From an uncultured Chloroflexia bacterium (GTDB lineage Bacteria > Chloroflexota > Limnocylindria > Limnocylindrales > CSP1-4): a DNA stretch of 64,000 nt. The notes under the pieces were generated by a model. That model saw nothing but the letters and a program-made list of their open reading frames with translations, did not search any database and was not told where the DNA came from. Location: the NCBI GenBank assembly GCA_963720715.1, contig CAVRGM010000003.1:45427-109426 (forward strand). Direction: 5' to 3'. This document shows positions 9,739 to 18,742 of the stretch, in pieces. Every line of letters starts with the position of its first letter. The stretch's first letter is position 1. Both the position numbers and the translations under genes were made by a program.

Positions 9739-10770
9739 TCAGTGGTCGCCGAACGCCTCGAATGTCAACTCCTGGCGCGCTTGCCGGATCGACGCGGCCG
9801 ATCCGGCCTCCGAGATCCGCCCGGAGCGGGCCATGGCGTCGAGACCCAGAAGTGCTGCCCCGAGCACCGGCGGGGCGTCCAGACGCCGGAACCGAGCGCG
9901 AGACGCGACCGACCGGATCCCGGCCCCGATCCGACCCTCGAAAGACGGATCGGCGGCGCGCGACACGCCACCAGCCAGCGACACCTCGACATCGAGCCGG
10001 GTCATCCCGAGGCGACGGATGATGGCCAACGCCATGGTCGCCAGCTCGTCGGCCATGTGGTCGATGATCTCGACGGACACGGGGTCACCGGCCTGCGCGG
10101 CCCGGAACACGACCGGCGAGAGTGCACGCAGGCGATCCTGAGGTAGCCGTCCGCCTTCGATGGCCATCGTCAGATCGATCGGACGTCGGAAGCCGAAGAA
10201 CGCGGGCACAGAGCGCTCGAGCGACGTCCGCCGACCTCGGCCGTCACGTCCCCGGACGGCCGCGCCGAGCGCTGCCAGCCCGATATCGCCGCCACCGCCC
10301 CAGTCACCCGAGATGGCGCCGTACGCCGCGAACCGTGCCGTGCGGCCGTCGGGCGCGACCCCGGCACCGTTGACACCCGCGCCGCAGATCAGGCCGACGC
10401 CCCAACCCCGCTCGGACCCGGCTCGAACCGGGGCGAACGCGTCGTTGACCACGAGCACGTCGTCGGCCAGCCCGGCTCGTTCGATCGCCGCGCGGAGGTG
10501 CCGGGTGTCCGCTCGCGTATCGGCGCCCGCCACCGTGAACGATCCGACCGCGGCCGTGGCATCACCGATCCCTGCCTGTCGGGCAGCGCCATCGATGAGT
10601 CCCTGCAACGCTGCGGTCCCGGCGTCCAATCCGACCTGCTGGTGCGACGTCGTGGGTCCGCGGACGGCGCCAAGCAGCCGGCCGTCCCAGCCGACCAGGG
10701 CAAGGTCCGTCTTGGAATTGCCGCCGTCGACGGCGAGGACTGCGACTGTTCGCTCGGCTGGGTCGGTCAC
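9739..10770 (-). CDS. BadF/BadG/BcrA/BcrD-type ATPase (putative N-acetylglucosamine kinase)
   Basis: 343 aa. The N-terminal 'LAVDGGNSKTDLALV' and 'ICGAGVNGAGV' glycine loops are typical of the ASKHA-fold BadF/GlcNAc kinase family. Confidence 0.65.
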   Translation of the reverse strand: MTDPAERTVAVLAVDGGNSKTDLALVGWDGRLLGAVRGPTTSHQQVGLDAGTAALQGLIDGAARQAGIGDATAAVGSFTVAGADTRADTRHLRAAIERAGLADDVLVVNDAFAPVRAGSERGWGVGLICGAGVNGAGVAPDGRTARFAAYGAISGDWGGGGDIGLAALGAAVRGRDGRGRRTSLERSVPAFFGFRRPIDLTMAIEGGRLPQDRLRALSPVVFRAAQAGDPVSVEIIDHMADELATMALAIIRRLGMTRLDVEVSLAGGVSRAADPSFEGRIGAGIRSVASRARFRRLDAPPVLGAALLGLDAMARSGRISEAGSAASIRQARQELTFEAFGDH

Positions 10771-11399
10771 GCCCAGCTCGGTGTCGCCGGGATGCCGGGG
10801 AGCCGGTCGATCGTGACGAAGACTGCCCCATCGCCCCGGAGTCGCTCGATGATCGGTTCGATCGCCGCGGCCATCCCGTCGGTCCAGGCATGGAGGAGGA
10901 TGACCGACCCGTCGCCGTGGCCGGCGACCCCGGTCAGGATCTCCCGCGCGATCGTCGGACCGTCACGACCGTCGTCCCAGTCAAGACCGTCGATGTGCCA
11001 GCCGACGTGTCGATAGCCGGCCGCCTCGACCGCGCGGAGGAGGCGCGGGTCGGTCGCACCCGCCCCGAATGGACAGCGGAACCAGGGTCGCGGATCGACG
11101 CCGGTCGCCGCCTCGACGACGCGGCCCGCTTCGGCCAGGTCCTCGGCGATCCCGACGTCGGTGAGGAGCGGCATCCGGGCATGGTAGTGCGAGTGGCTGC
11201 CGACGACGTGGCCGGCGCTCGCGATCGAGCGGGCGACCGTCGGATACGCCTCCGCCCAGCGTCCCTGGATGAAGAAGGTCGCGGGGACACCACTGCGGTC
11301 GAGGATCTCCAGGAGTCGCTCCGTCGTCCCCGGCGTCGCCGGACGATCCGGATGCTCGGTGTCGAAGGTCAAGGCCACCCGACCGGGCGCGAGACTCAT
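10767..11399 (-). CDS. polysaccharide deacetylase (NodB/CE4 family)
   Basis: 210 aa. 'LTFDTEHPD', 'HSHYH' and 'LLHAW' correspond to conserved CE4 motifs (TFDDG, HSxxH, LxH). It overlaps its neighbours in an operon-like way. Confidence 0.7.
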   Translation of the reverse strand: MSLAPGRVALTFDTEHPDRPATPGTTERLLEILDRSGVPATFFIQGRWAEAYPTVARSIASAGHVVGSHSHYHARMPLLTDVGIAEDLAEAGRVVEAATGVDPRPWFRCPFGAGATDPRLLRAVEAAGYRHVGWHIDGLDWDDGRDGPTIAREILTGVAGHGDGSVILLHAWTDGMAAAIEPIIERLRGDGAVFVTIDRLPGIPATPSWA

Positions 11400-12514
11400 T
11401 TGTCGACGCCGGTGATGACGATCCCGCGAGTGAAGAACCGTTGGGTCAGCAGGAACGCGACGACCGGGATGACGAGGGTCATGAGCGTGCCGGCCTGGAT
11501 GAGCCCGGGGTCGCGATAGTGGACGCCGTTGAACCGCTGGAGCCCGATGGCAAGCGTCTGGAGCTCCGGCTTGGTGGACAGGTAGATCAAGGGCTCGAAG
11601 AAGTCGTTCCAGGCATAGACCAGATGGAAGATCGCGACCGCGACCACCACCGGGATCGATTGCGGCAGGACCACCGACCAGAGCGTCCGGAACGGACCGG
11701 CGCCGTCGATGGCAGCCGCCTCGTCAAGGTCGGTCGGGATCGTCAGGAAGTACTGACGCATGAGGAATACGTCGAACGCGTTCGCGAAGAACGCCGGCAC
11801 CAGGAGTGGCAGCCACGTCCCGACCCAGCCCAGCTTGACGAAGATCGTATAGGTCGGGATGACGGTCACGGCGCCGGGCAGGAAGATCGTGGCGATGAGC
11901 ACCGTGAACAGGATGTTCCGACCGGGAAACGAGAACCGCGCGAATCCGTAGGCCACGACGATGCACGACAGGAGCGTCCCGATCGTGGAGATGACCGCGA
12001 TGGCCAGCGTGTTGAACAGCAGGCGCGGATAGTCGATCAGATCCCAGACCTTGCCGAAATTCTCGAAGTGCGGCGCGAAGACGAACACTCGATCGAGCGT
12101 CCGCCATGCGCCGTCCCAGACGATCGGCTCGGCGTCCGGTGCCGCCGGGTCCACGAACGTGCTCTGCTGGCGACCCGCCTTGAGCAGGCCCAGTTGGCGG
12201 ACCGTGCCGTCGATCGGGACCTGGAAGAGTTCAAGGTCTTCACCCTGGTAGGAGAAGGTCGCAGGGTCCGCCGGATACAAGGGCGATCCCGAGAGCGACA
12301 GCTGGTCGTGGCTCTTGATGGCGACCGTCGCGGCGCGAAGCATCGGCGACAGGAAGGCCGCGATGGCGAGGACCGCGATCAGGGTCAGGACGAACGACCG
12401 GCGCCCGTCGCCGCGCTGGCGCGGCGGCCGACTGCCGGTCGCCATCTTCGGGCGACTTCGGAGCCGGGTCCAGACCGAAGGGCGAGCGACGGTCGTCGAG
12501 TCGGTGACGGCCAC
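11396..12514 (-). CDS. carbohydrate ABC transporter permease (UgpE/MalG-like)
   Basis: The C-terminus 'LIQAGTLMTLVIPVVAFLLTQRFFTRGIVITGVDK' and the EAA loop 'DEAAAIDGAGPFRTLWSVVLP' are typical. The start is set at 12514, 4 nt after the upstream permease stop. The N-terminal ~120 aa contain one TM segment plus a large loop. Confidence 0.75.
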   Translation of the reverse strand: MAVTDSTTVARPSVWTRLRSRPKMATGSRPPRQRGDGRRSFVLTLIAVLAIAAFLSPMLRAATVAIKSHDQLSLSGSPLYPADPATFSYQGEDLELFQVPIDGTVRQLGLLKAGRQQSTFVDPAAPDAEPIVWDGAWRTLDRVFVFAPHFENFGKVWDLIDYPRLLFNTLAIAVISTIGTLLSCIVVAYGFARFSFPGRNILFTVLIATIFLPGAVTVIPTYTIFVKLGWVGTWLPLLVPAFFANAFDVFLMRQYFLTIPTDLDEAAAIDGAGPFRTLWSVVLPQSIPVVVAVAIFHLVYAWNDFFEPLIYLSTKPELQTLAIGLQRFNGVHYRDPGLIQAGTLMTLVIPVVAFLLTQRFFTRGIVITGVDK

Positions 12515-12518
12515 GCCC

Positions 12519-13472
12519 CTACCGGACCTCGCCCGCGTAGTAGACCCAGCGGCGAGACAACCGGAACAGGATCAGGGTGATCGCGAGGGTGATCCCGAAC
12601 AGTAGCCAGGCGAGCGTCGCCCCGTAGGCCATGTTCTGGAAGGTGAAGAAGTTCTTGTAGATATACAGGTTGTAGAAGTAGGTCGACCCGCCCGGTTCGC
12701 CCGTCCCATTCTTCAGGACCAGTGGCACCAGGAAGTATTGAAGGACCTCGACGCAGGCCAGGATGAGCGTGTAGAAGATGACCGGCGAGATCATCGGGAT
12801 CGTGACGTAGCGGATCTGGGCGAATGCCCCGGCACCATCGATCCGGGCCGCGTCGTACAACTCACTCGGGATGCCCTTGAGCCCGGCGAGGTACACGATC
12901 ATCCCGGCTCCGATCCCCCAGATGCCCATGATCACCAGGCCGGAATAGATCCAGGTCGGATCCTGGAGCCAGTCCGGCGGATCGCCGATCCCGATCGCCC
13001 GCAGGCTGTCGTTGATCCAGCCCGACTCGTTCGACAGCATCCCGCCCCAGATGAGCACACCGGCGATGAACGGGACGACGTACGGCAGGTAGAACAGGAC
13101 CCGGAATGCGCCAGATCCCTTCAGATGGCGCGAATGGAGCGTCAGCGCGACGAGGAGCGGCAGGGCGACGGCGACCGGCAGGGCGAGGAGGGCGTACTTG
13201 AGCGTCACGACCAGGGAATCCCAGGTCTGTTTGTCGGCGATGAGTGTCTGCCAGTTCCTGAGCCCGACGAAGGTCAGCGGGTCGGACTGGTCGAGATTGA
13301 TGTTGGTGAAGGTGAACCCCAGGGTGGCCAGCATCGGGAACAGGGTGAACAGCAGGAACCCGACGATCCACGGGGCGATGAACACATACCCCCAACGCGC
13401 GCGCCGCCACGCCAGCCCCGATCGACGGGGCAGGGCCAGGCGGCGCGGTCGCGCGACGCTGGGGGCTGTCAT
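12519..13472 (-). CDS. carbohydrate ABC transporter permease (UgpA/MalF-like)
   Basis: 317 aa with six TM segments and the EAA motif 'YDAARIDGAGAFAQIRYVTIP'. Confidence 0.8.
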   Translation of the reverse strand: MTAPSVARPRRLALPRRSGLAWRRARWGYVFIAPWIVGFLLFTLFPMLATLGFTFTNINLDQSDPLTFVGLRNWQTLIADKQTWDSLVVTLKYALLALPVAVALPLLVALTLHSRHLKGSGAFRVLFYLPYVVPFIAGVLIWGGMLSNESGWINDSLRAIGIGDPPDWLQDPTWIYSGLVIMGIWGIGAGMIVYLAGLKGIPSELYDAARIDGAGAFAQIRYVTIPMISPVIFYTLILACVEVLQYFLVPLVLKNGTGEPGGSTYFYNLYIYKNFFTFQNMAYGATLAWLLFGITLAITLILFRLSRRWVYYAGEVR

Positions 13473-13479
13473 CCGGAGG

Positions 13480-14958
13480 TCAGCCGGCCTTGTCCCAGAT
13501 CGCCTGGAGCTGGGTCTTGAGGTCGTTGATCTCAGTGTCGAGATCCAGGCCTGGCGTCGCCTGCCACTTGGTCCCGAAGGTATTCAGGAGGTCGAGCGAC
13601 TCGTTGTAGGCCGGCATATATGACTCGAAGTTCGGGACGTCGGCGTGATCGACACCCTGCTTCGCGACATTCCAGTCGATGACCTGCGGGTAGAGCGGGT
13701 TGCCGTCGTCATCGGTCTGGCTCTGGAGCGTCTCGAAGAACGCATCCTGCTCCTCGGGGCGGGCGGGCATCCCGCCATAGGCGGTCAGGAGGTCGGCGGA
13801 GCCGTCACCCAACAGGTAGGTCAGGACCTTGAACGCCTCTTCCGGATGCTTGCTGTCCTTGAGGATCCGGAACGTGTCGGCATTGAATGCGGCCGTGGTC
13901 TGGCCGTTGTACGAAGGAGTGGCGGCGAGGTTCCAATCGTCACCGGCGTCGGCCACGCCATACGTCGACCACAGGTAGTTCTCGCTCATCGCCACGTTCC
14001 CGGTGAAGAACGGGTAGTCGCTGGGGTTGAGCTCCTGACTCTGGAACTGCGGCCCGGTCATCGACATATGGTCCTTCCAGATCCCGTCGTAGAACCAGTG
14101 CCAGGCAGCCGCCCAGGAGTCCGGGATCTGGACGGTCTTGCCGTCGTCGCCAGCGGCCAGCTGGCCGGCCGTCCAGTAGGCCCCGACCTGGCGCAGGTCG
14201 TCGCGCTGCGGTTCGAATCCCCACTGGACGATGTTGTCCGGGTCGAAGTCGGCTTCGGTGGCGTCATGGCCGTTCTTGTCCACCGTGAGCAGCAGGCCGA
14301 GCTTGCGCGCTGCGTCATAGTCCCAGGGCACGGTCGTGCCGTCGGGCATCGTGTAGGTACCGCCCCATTCGTGGGGTGGCTCGGCCAGGCCGGCTTCCTC
14401 GAACAGGCTGGCCTTGTAGAACAGCGCTGACGGGTACACCGCGAACGGGATCCCCACCTGGCCTTCACCGCCGACGTTGTAGAGCTCGACCGTCGATTCT
14501 GGGAACTGCGACATGTCGTAGCCGGAACTGTCGATGTTCGGCTGGAGGTCGAGCCACTGGCCGTGGAACGCCTCGGCGCCGCCGATCCCGACGGGGCCGA
14601 CGATGTCCGGGCCGTTGCCCGAGGCGATCTGTGTCGCCAGGGCATCGCGGGCCCCAGCGTAGGGGACCGCCTCGAAGGTCACGTGGATGCCTGGATTGGC
14701 CGCATTGAACGCTTCGGCGACCTGTTGCTCGACCGCGACCTGCTCGGGGGCATCGCCGCCGCCGAGGCAGCAGAACCAGCGGATCTCTACATCGCCGGCG
14801 GCGCCGGTCGAGACCGGCGACGTGACCGGGGCGGCCGGGTCGACCGACGCTTCCACACCCGTCGATGGGGCCGATGTGGTGGTACTCGATCCGCACGCGG
14901 AGGCGATCAGCGCGACCCCCGCAAGCAGGATCCCGAACTGGCCGATCTTCCGTTTCAT
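13480..14958 (-). CDS. ABC transporter extracellular solute-binding protein (family 1), lipoprotein
   Basis: The start is taken at 'MKRKIGQFGILLAGVALIASACGSS' (lipobox). An AGGAGG RBS lies ~9 nt upstream on the minus strand. The protein is ~490 aa and Trp/Tyr-rich, typical of a sugar-binding protein. Confidence 0.8.
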   Translation of the reverse strand: MKRKIGQFGILLAGVALIASACGSSTTTSAPSTGVEASVDPAAPVTSPVSTGAAGDVEIRWFCCLGGGDAPEQVAVEQQVAEAFNAANPGIHVTFEAVPYAGARDALATQIASGNGPDIVGPVGIGGAEAFHGQWLDLQPNIDSSGYDMSQFPESTVELYNVGGEGQVGIPFAVYPSALFYKASLFEEAGLAEPPHEWGGTYTMPDGTTVPWDYDAARKLGLLLTVDKNGHDATEADFDPDNIVQWGFEPQRDDLRQVGAYWTAGQLAAGDDGKTVQIPDSWAAAWHWFYDGIWKDHMSMTGPQFQSQELNPSDYPFFTGNVAMSENYLWSTYGVADAGDDWNLAATPSYNGQTTAAFNADTFRILKDSKHPEEAFKVLTYLLGDGSADLLTAYGGMPARPEEQDAFFETLQSQTDDDGNPLYPQVIDWNVAKQGVDHADVPNFESYMPAYNESLDLLNTFGTKWQATPGLDLDTEINDLKTQLQAIWDKAG

Positions 14959-14977
14959 GCTGTGCCTCCTTTCGAGA

Positions 14978-15787
14978 TCACCTGGCGACGAGACTCGGTG
15001 TGATGCCATCCGTTCTCTCCTCCTCCTGTGTCGCTTCTCCGCGATGCGGGCGCACGACGATCCGTTCCACGTAGTACCGGGTCCGATCCCCGCGGACGAA
15101 CGTCCGACCGAACTCGACCGGAGTCCCGTTCGCGGTGGATGCGATCCCCTCGATGAGCAACGCAGGCGATCCCGCCTTTCGATCGAGGAGCCGCGCCTCG
15201 CGACTCCGCAACAACACCGGCTCCAGGAACTCGCGGGCCGTGGCGACACGGACGCCGTAGCGCTCGGTCAACAGGTCGTACAGGGAGCCGTGTTCCAGGT
15301 CCGAGGCGAGGAGCCCCGGGAATCGTTCGGCCGGCAGATGGACCTGCTCGAGCAGCAACGGCTCCCCAGCGGCCAGGCGAAGGCGCTCGACATACAGGGT
15401 CGGCGCTCCGACTTCGAGGTCCAGGACACTCGCGACACGCTCGCCGGCCGACTCGCGACGGGCGTCGACCAGGCGAGTCTCCGGATCGAGGCCGCGCCGT
15501 TGCATCTCGTCGGTGAACGACAGTTCATCGGCGAAATCCCGATCGATGCGCGGGTGGAGGACATACGTTCCACGACCACGGGTCCGTTCGATGCGCTGCT
15601 CCCGTGCCAGCTCGCTGAGTGCCCGGCGGACGGTGATCAGGCTGCAGCCATACCGGTCGGCCAGGTCGCGTTCGGTCGGCAGACGGTCGCCCGGGCGCCA
15701 TTCCCCGAGATCCAGGGCGTTTTCAAGATCCAGGTAGACCTGGTGGTGGAGCGGGACGGGACCAAGCTCGAGTCGGAAGCGAGCCAT
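14978..15787 (-). CDS. GntR family transcriptional regulator (HutC/UTRA subfamily)
   Basis: N-terminal wHTH 'PTERDLADRYGCSLITVRRALSELAREQRIERTRGRGTYV' followed by a UTRA-like effector domain. It lies directly upstream of the ABC/sugar genes in the same orientation. Confidence 0.75.
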   Translation of the reverse strand: MARFRLELGPVPLHHQVYLDLENALDLGEWRPGDRLPTERDLADRYGCSLITVRRALSELAREQRIERTRGRGTYVLHPRIDRDFADELSFTDEMQRRGLDPETRLVDARRESAGERVASVLDLEVGAPTLYVERLRLAAGEPLLLEQVHLPAERFPGLLASDLEHGSLYDLLTERYGVRVATAREFLEPVLLRSREARLLDRKAGSPALLIEGIASTANGTPVEFGRTFVRGDRTRYYVERIVVRPHRGEATQEEERTDGITPSLVAR

Positions 15788-15905
15788 CTGTCGGACCGAA
15801 CCTCACTGGCGGGGCGGGGCGGAGAAGGGGCTTGTACCGTCGATGATTGCTGATAACGTTATAAGCAATGGTGTCAAGCCCGGTGGCTTGGATACTGGAG
15901 GGAGC

Positions 15906-17174
15906 ATGGGCGTCAAGATCACCGTCGTCGGTGGCGGGAGCACGTATACCCCGGAACTGATCGAAGGGTTCGAGGCGCGACGCGACCGCCTGCCGATCGA
16001 CGAGATCGTCCTGCTCGATGTGGATCCGGAGCGCCTGGCCATCGTCGGCGGACTCGCCCAGCGGATGCTCGATCGGCTGGATTGGACCGGGCGGCTGCTG
16101 TGCACGGAGGATCGCGATGCCGCCATCGATGGCGCGGATTTCGTCCTGATCCAGCTCAGGGTCGGTGGTCAATCGGCCCGGCTCGTAGATGAAACCTTGC
16201 CCCCGACGTTCGGCGTGATCGGCCAGGAAACGACCGGTGCCGGCGGGTTCGCCAAGGCCCTCCGGACGATCCCGCTGGTGCTCGACATCGCCGAGACGAC
16301 CGCCCGACGGGCCGCTCCGAACGCCTGGATCGTCGATTTCACCAACCCGGTCGGGATCGTCAGCCAGGCGCTTCTCGATGCCGGGCATCGGGCGATCGGG
16401 CTGTGCAATGTGGCCATCAATCTTCAGCGCGGGATGGCCGAACGGTTCGATGTCGCGCCGGAGCGCGTCCGGCTCGAGCACGTCGGGCTCAACCACCTGA
16501 GCTGGGAACGCGCGGTATTCGTCGATGGTGTCGATCGACTACCCGAGTTGCTCGCCACCGACGCAGATGGGCTCGGCGAACACGTCGGCCTGCCCGGCGA
16601 ACTCGTCCGAGCCGTGGGCGCGATCCCGTCCTACTACCTGCATTACTACTACCAGACCCGTGCCGTGGTCGAGGACCAACGCGCCGGCCATACGCGCGCC
16701 CAGGAGGTCATCGACATCGAGCACGAGCTGCTCGAGTTGTACAAGGACCAGGGCCTGGCCGAGAAGCCGGCGATGCTGGCCAGTCGGGGCGGTGCCTACT
16801 ACAGCGAGGCGGCCGCGCAACTCATCGCATCACTGCACGACGGTGCAGGCGACATCCAGGTCGTTGATACTCGCAATGCTGGCGCGCTGCCCGACCTGCC
16901 GGACGCTGACGTCGTCGAGATCCCGGCCCGGATCGATCGAGACGGTGCGCATCCCTTGCCGCTCGGACCGCTGTCGGCCGATCAGCGCGGACTGGTCCAG
17001 GCGGTCAAGGCCTACGAGCACCTGACCATCGCCGCCGCGCTGTCCGGTGATCGCGACGTCGCGTTGCGGGCGCTGATGGCCAACCCGCTGGTCGCCGACT
17101 TCGACGTGGCGGTGCCGCTCCTCGAGGCGCTCCTCGAGGCCAACCGGACGTACGTCCCTCGGTTCTTCGACTGA
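15906..17174 (+). CDS. glycoside hydrolase family 4 (6-phospho-beta-glucosidase/alpha-glycosidase-like, NAD+/Mn2+ dependent)
   Basis: 'MGVKITVVGGGSTYTPELIEG' Rossmann NAD-binding start and 'GLCNVAINLQRG' (the catalytic Cys region of GH4). The ATG at 15906 has a GGAGG RBS. The ORF track's upstream 21 codons are probably not translated. Confidence 0.75.
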   Translation: MGVKITVVGGGSTYTPELIEGFEARRDRLPIDEIVLLDVDPERLAIVGGLAQRMLDRLDWTGRLLCTEDRDAAIDGADFVLIQLRVGGQSARLVDETLPPTFGVIGQETTGAGGFAKALRTIPLVLDIAETTARRAAPNAWIVDFTNPVGIVSQALLDAGHRAIGLCNVAINLQRGMAERFDVAPERVRLEHVGLNHLSWERAVFVDGVDRLPELLATDADGLGEHVGLPGELVRAVGAIPSYYLHYYYQTRAVVEDQRAGHTRAQEVIDIEHELLELYKDQGLAEKPAMLASRGGAYYSEAAAQLIASLHDGAGDIQVVDTRNAGALPDLPDADVVEIPARIDRDGAHPLPLGPLSADQRGLVQAVKAYEHLTIAAALSGDRDVALRALMANPLVADFDVAVPLLEALLEANRTYVPRFFD

Positions 17175-17185
17175 TCCGGCCGGGA

Positions 17186-17698
17186 TCAGGGCGCGTCGGC
17201 GGGCGACTTCCGATCCATCGAGTCGAGCCACTCGCGAGCGCCTTCATCCATATCCGACTGGACCTGGAACCCGCCGGCTACAAGCAGCCCGACGATGGTG
17301 AGCGTCGGTGCGTCATCGGGCAGGTCCGAGGTATCGCGGACGTCCTGGAGGCCGCCGAGACCTCGCGTCGTGGCGATGACGCGCCACTCGGGCGGGACGA
17401 TGATCTGGCCGCCGCCGAAGATGGCCCGCACATCGAGCACGGCGCCGTCCGGGTGGAGCACCGCGTCGCGCAGGTCGAGGACGCCGCCGCCGTACCACAG
17501 TTCCAGGGTGCCGCCACGAAGCTGTTGCGACGTGCTGTGGTAGGCGAGCGGACCGAAGATCGCGGAGGCGGCGATGTCGTCAGCGCCTTCGTCCGAGTTC
17601 GGACCAAGACGTTGCTTGACCCGGAAGGCGGCGATCGCGCCACCGATCATGGTCGCCAGCCAGCCGATGACCAGCAGCTTGATGATCCCCTTGAACAT
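17186..17698 (-). CDS. hypothetical membrane protein (LiaF-like C-terminal domain, tentative)
   Basis: 170 aa with an N-terminal TM helix 'IIKLLVIGWLATMIGGAIAAF' and a Gly-rich beta-rich C-terminal domain. The resemblance to cell-wall stress LiaF-type domains rests on composition only. Confidence 0.35.
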   Translation of the reverse strand: MFKGIIKLLVIGWLATMIGGAIAAFRVKQRLGPNSDEGADDIAASAIFGPLAYHSTSQQLRGGTLELWYGGGVLDLRDAVLHPDGAVLDVRAIFGGGQIIVPPEWRVIATTRGLGGLQDVRDTSDLPDDAPTLTIVGLLVAGGFQVQSDMDEGAREWLDSMDRKSPADAP

Positions 17699-17763
17699 GG
17701 TCGTGTCCCCTTTTGCGAGTCGCTCGATCCTTTCAGGAAGTCCGTACCCTCGGGCGTCGTCGA

Positions 17764-18741
17764 TCAGGCCGGGTCGCGCGGCACCAGCACGACGCGTCGG
17801 TTCGGCTCCTCGCCGATCGATTGGGTCGCCACACTCGGGTTGTCCCGCAGAGACAAGTGGATCCAGCGTCGCTCGAGCGCGGACATGGGCTCGAGCTGGA
17901 GCATCTTGCCCGTCTCGACGACGCGCGCGGCGGCCCGATCGGCCAACTCGTGCAGCTGGCGTTCACGCCGACCGCGGTAATCCTCCACGTCGACCAGGAC
18001 CCGGGTCCACGCCCCCATCTTCTTCGAGAGCATCAGGTTGACCAGATGCTGGAGAGCGGAAAGGCGCTCACCCTTGCGCCCGATGAGCGCACCCAGGGAT
18101 TCCTTCTCCGCGTCGTCGGCGACCACATTCAGCCGACTGGTCTCGCCTGTCTCGACATCGACCCGGACGTCGAAACCGAGATGCTCCATCAGCCGTTCGA
18201 GGATCGCCTTGCCGGCGGCGAGCGCCTCTGGCGACGCTTCGGAGGCCTCGAGATCCGCGCGTTCAGCGGCGAGACTCCCGCGGGCGGCCGCGACTTCGGC
18301 CGCTTCGGAGGCCGAAAGACCCGCCGAGTCGGTTCGCGCCGGTGCGCGCTCCCGATCCTGGCGCGGTGGCCGGTCATCACGACGTGGCGGTCGGTCCGCC
18401 CGAGGTCGATCGTCACGAGGTCGGGCGTCGCGGCGCGGCGGGCGATCGTCGCGCGGGCGATCGTCACGAGGTCGGTCGTCGCGGGGGCGATCGTCGGTAT
18501 GTGCCGGCGGTGGCGGCAGCGGCGTGCTGGCGGCAGCCTCGCGGCGCGGGGTGGAGCCGCCCAGGGCAGCTCGCGGTGCGGCCACGATCCGTGCCGGCTC
18601 AGCGCCCATGCCAAGGACGCCCCGGCTGCCCGGGGTCAGGATCTCGAAATCGAGGTCATTGAGTTCCGCATCGAACGCCTCGCAGGCGAACTTGAGGGCC
18701 TCCTCGACGGACTTGCCGGTGAACTCCTGGTATTCGCTCAT
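17764..18741 (-). CDS. jag: Jag/KhpB (R3H-KH RNA-binding protein) with internal Arg/Asp/Pro-rich repeat
   Basis: The start is set at 'MSEYQEFTGKSVEEALKFACEAFD' (Jag_N). C-terminal KH/R3H motifs 'LIGRKGERLSALQHLVNL…ERRWIHLSL'. The conserved position is immediately downstream of yidC. An internal (RDDRP)n low-complexity insert is present. Confidence 0.75.
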   Translation of the reverse strand: MSEYQEFTGKSVEEALKFACEAFDAELNDLDFEILTPGSRGVLGMGAEPARIVAAPRAALGGSTPRREAAASTPLPPPPAHTDDRPRDDRPRDDRPRDDRPPRRDARPRDDRPRADRPPRRDDRPPRQDRERAPARTDSAGLSASEAAEVAAARGSLAAERADLEASEASPEALAAGKAILERLMEHLGFDVRVDVETGETSRLNVVADDAEKESLGALIGRKGERLSALQHLVNLMLSKKMGAWTRVLVDVEDYRGRRERQLHELADRAAARVVETGKMLQLEPMSALERRWIHLSLRDNPSVATQSIGEEPNRRVVLVPRDPA

Positions 18742-18742
18742 T

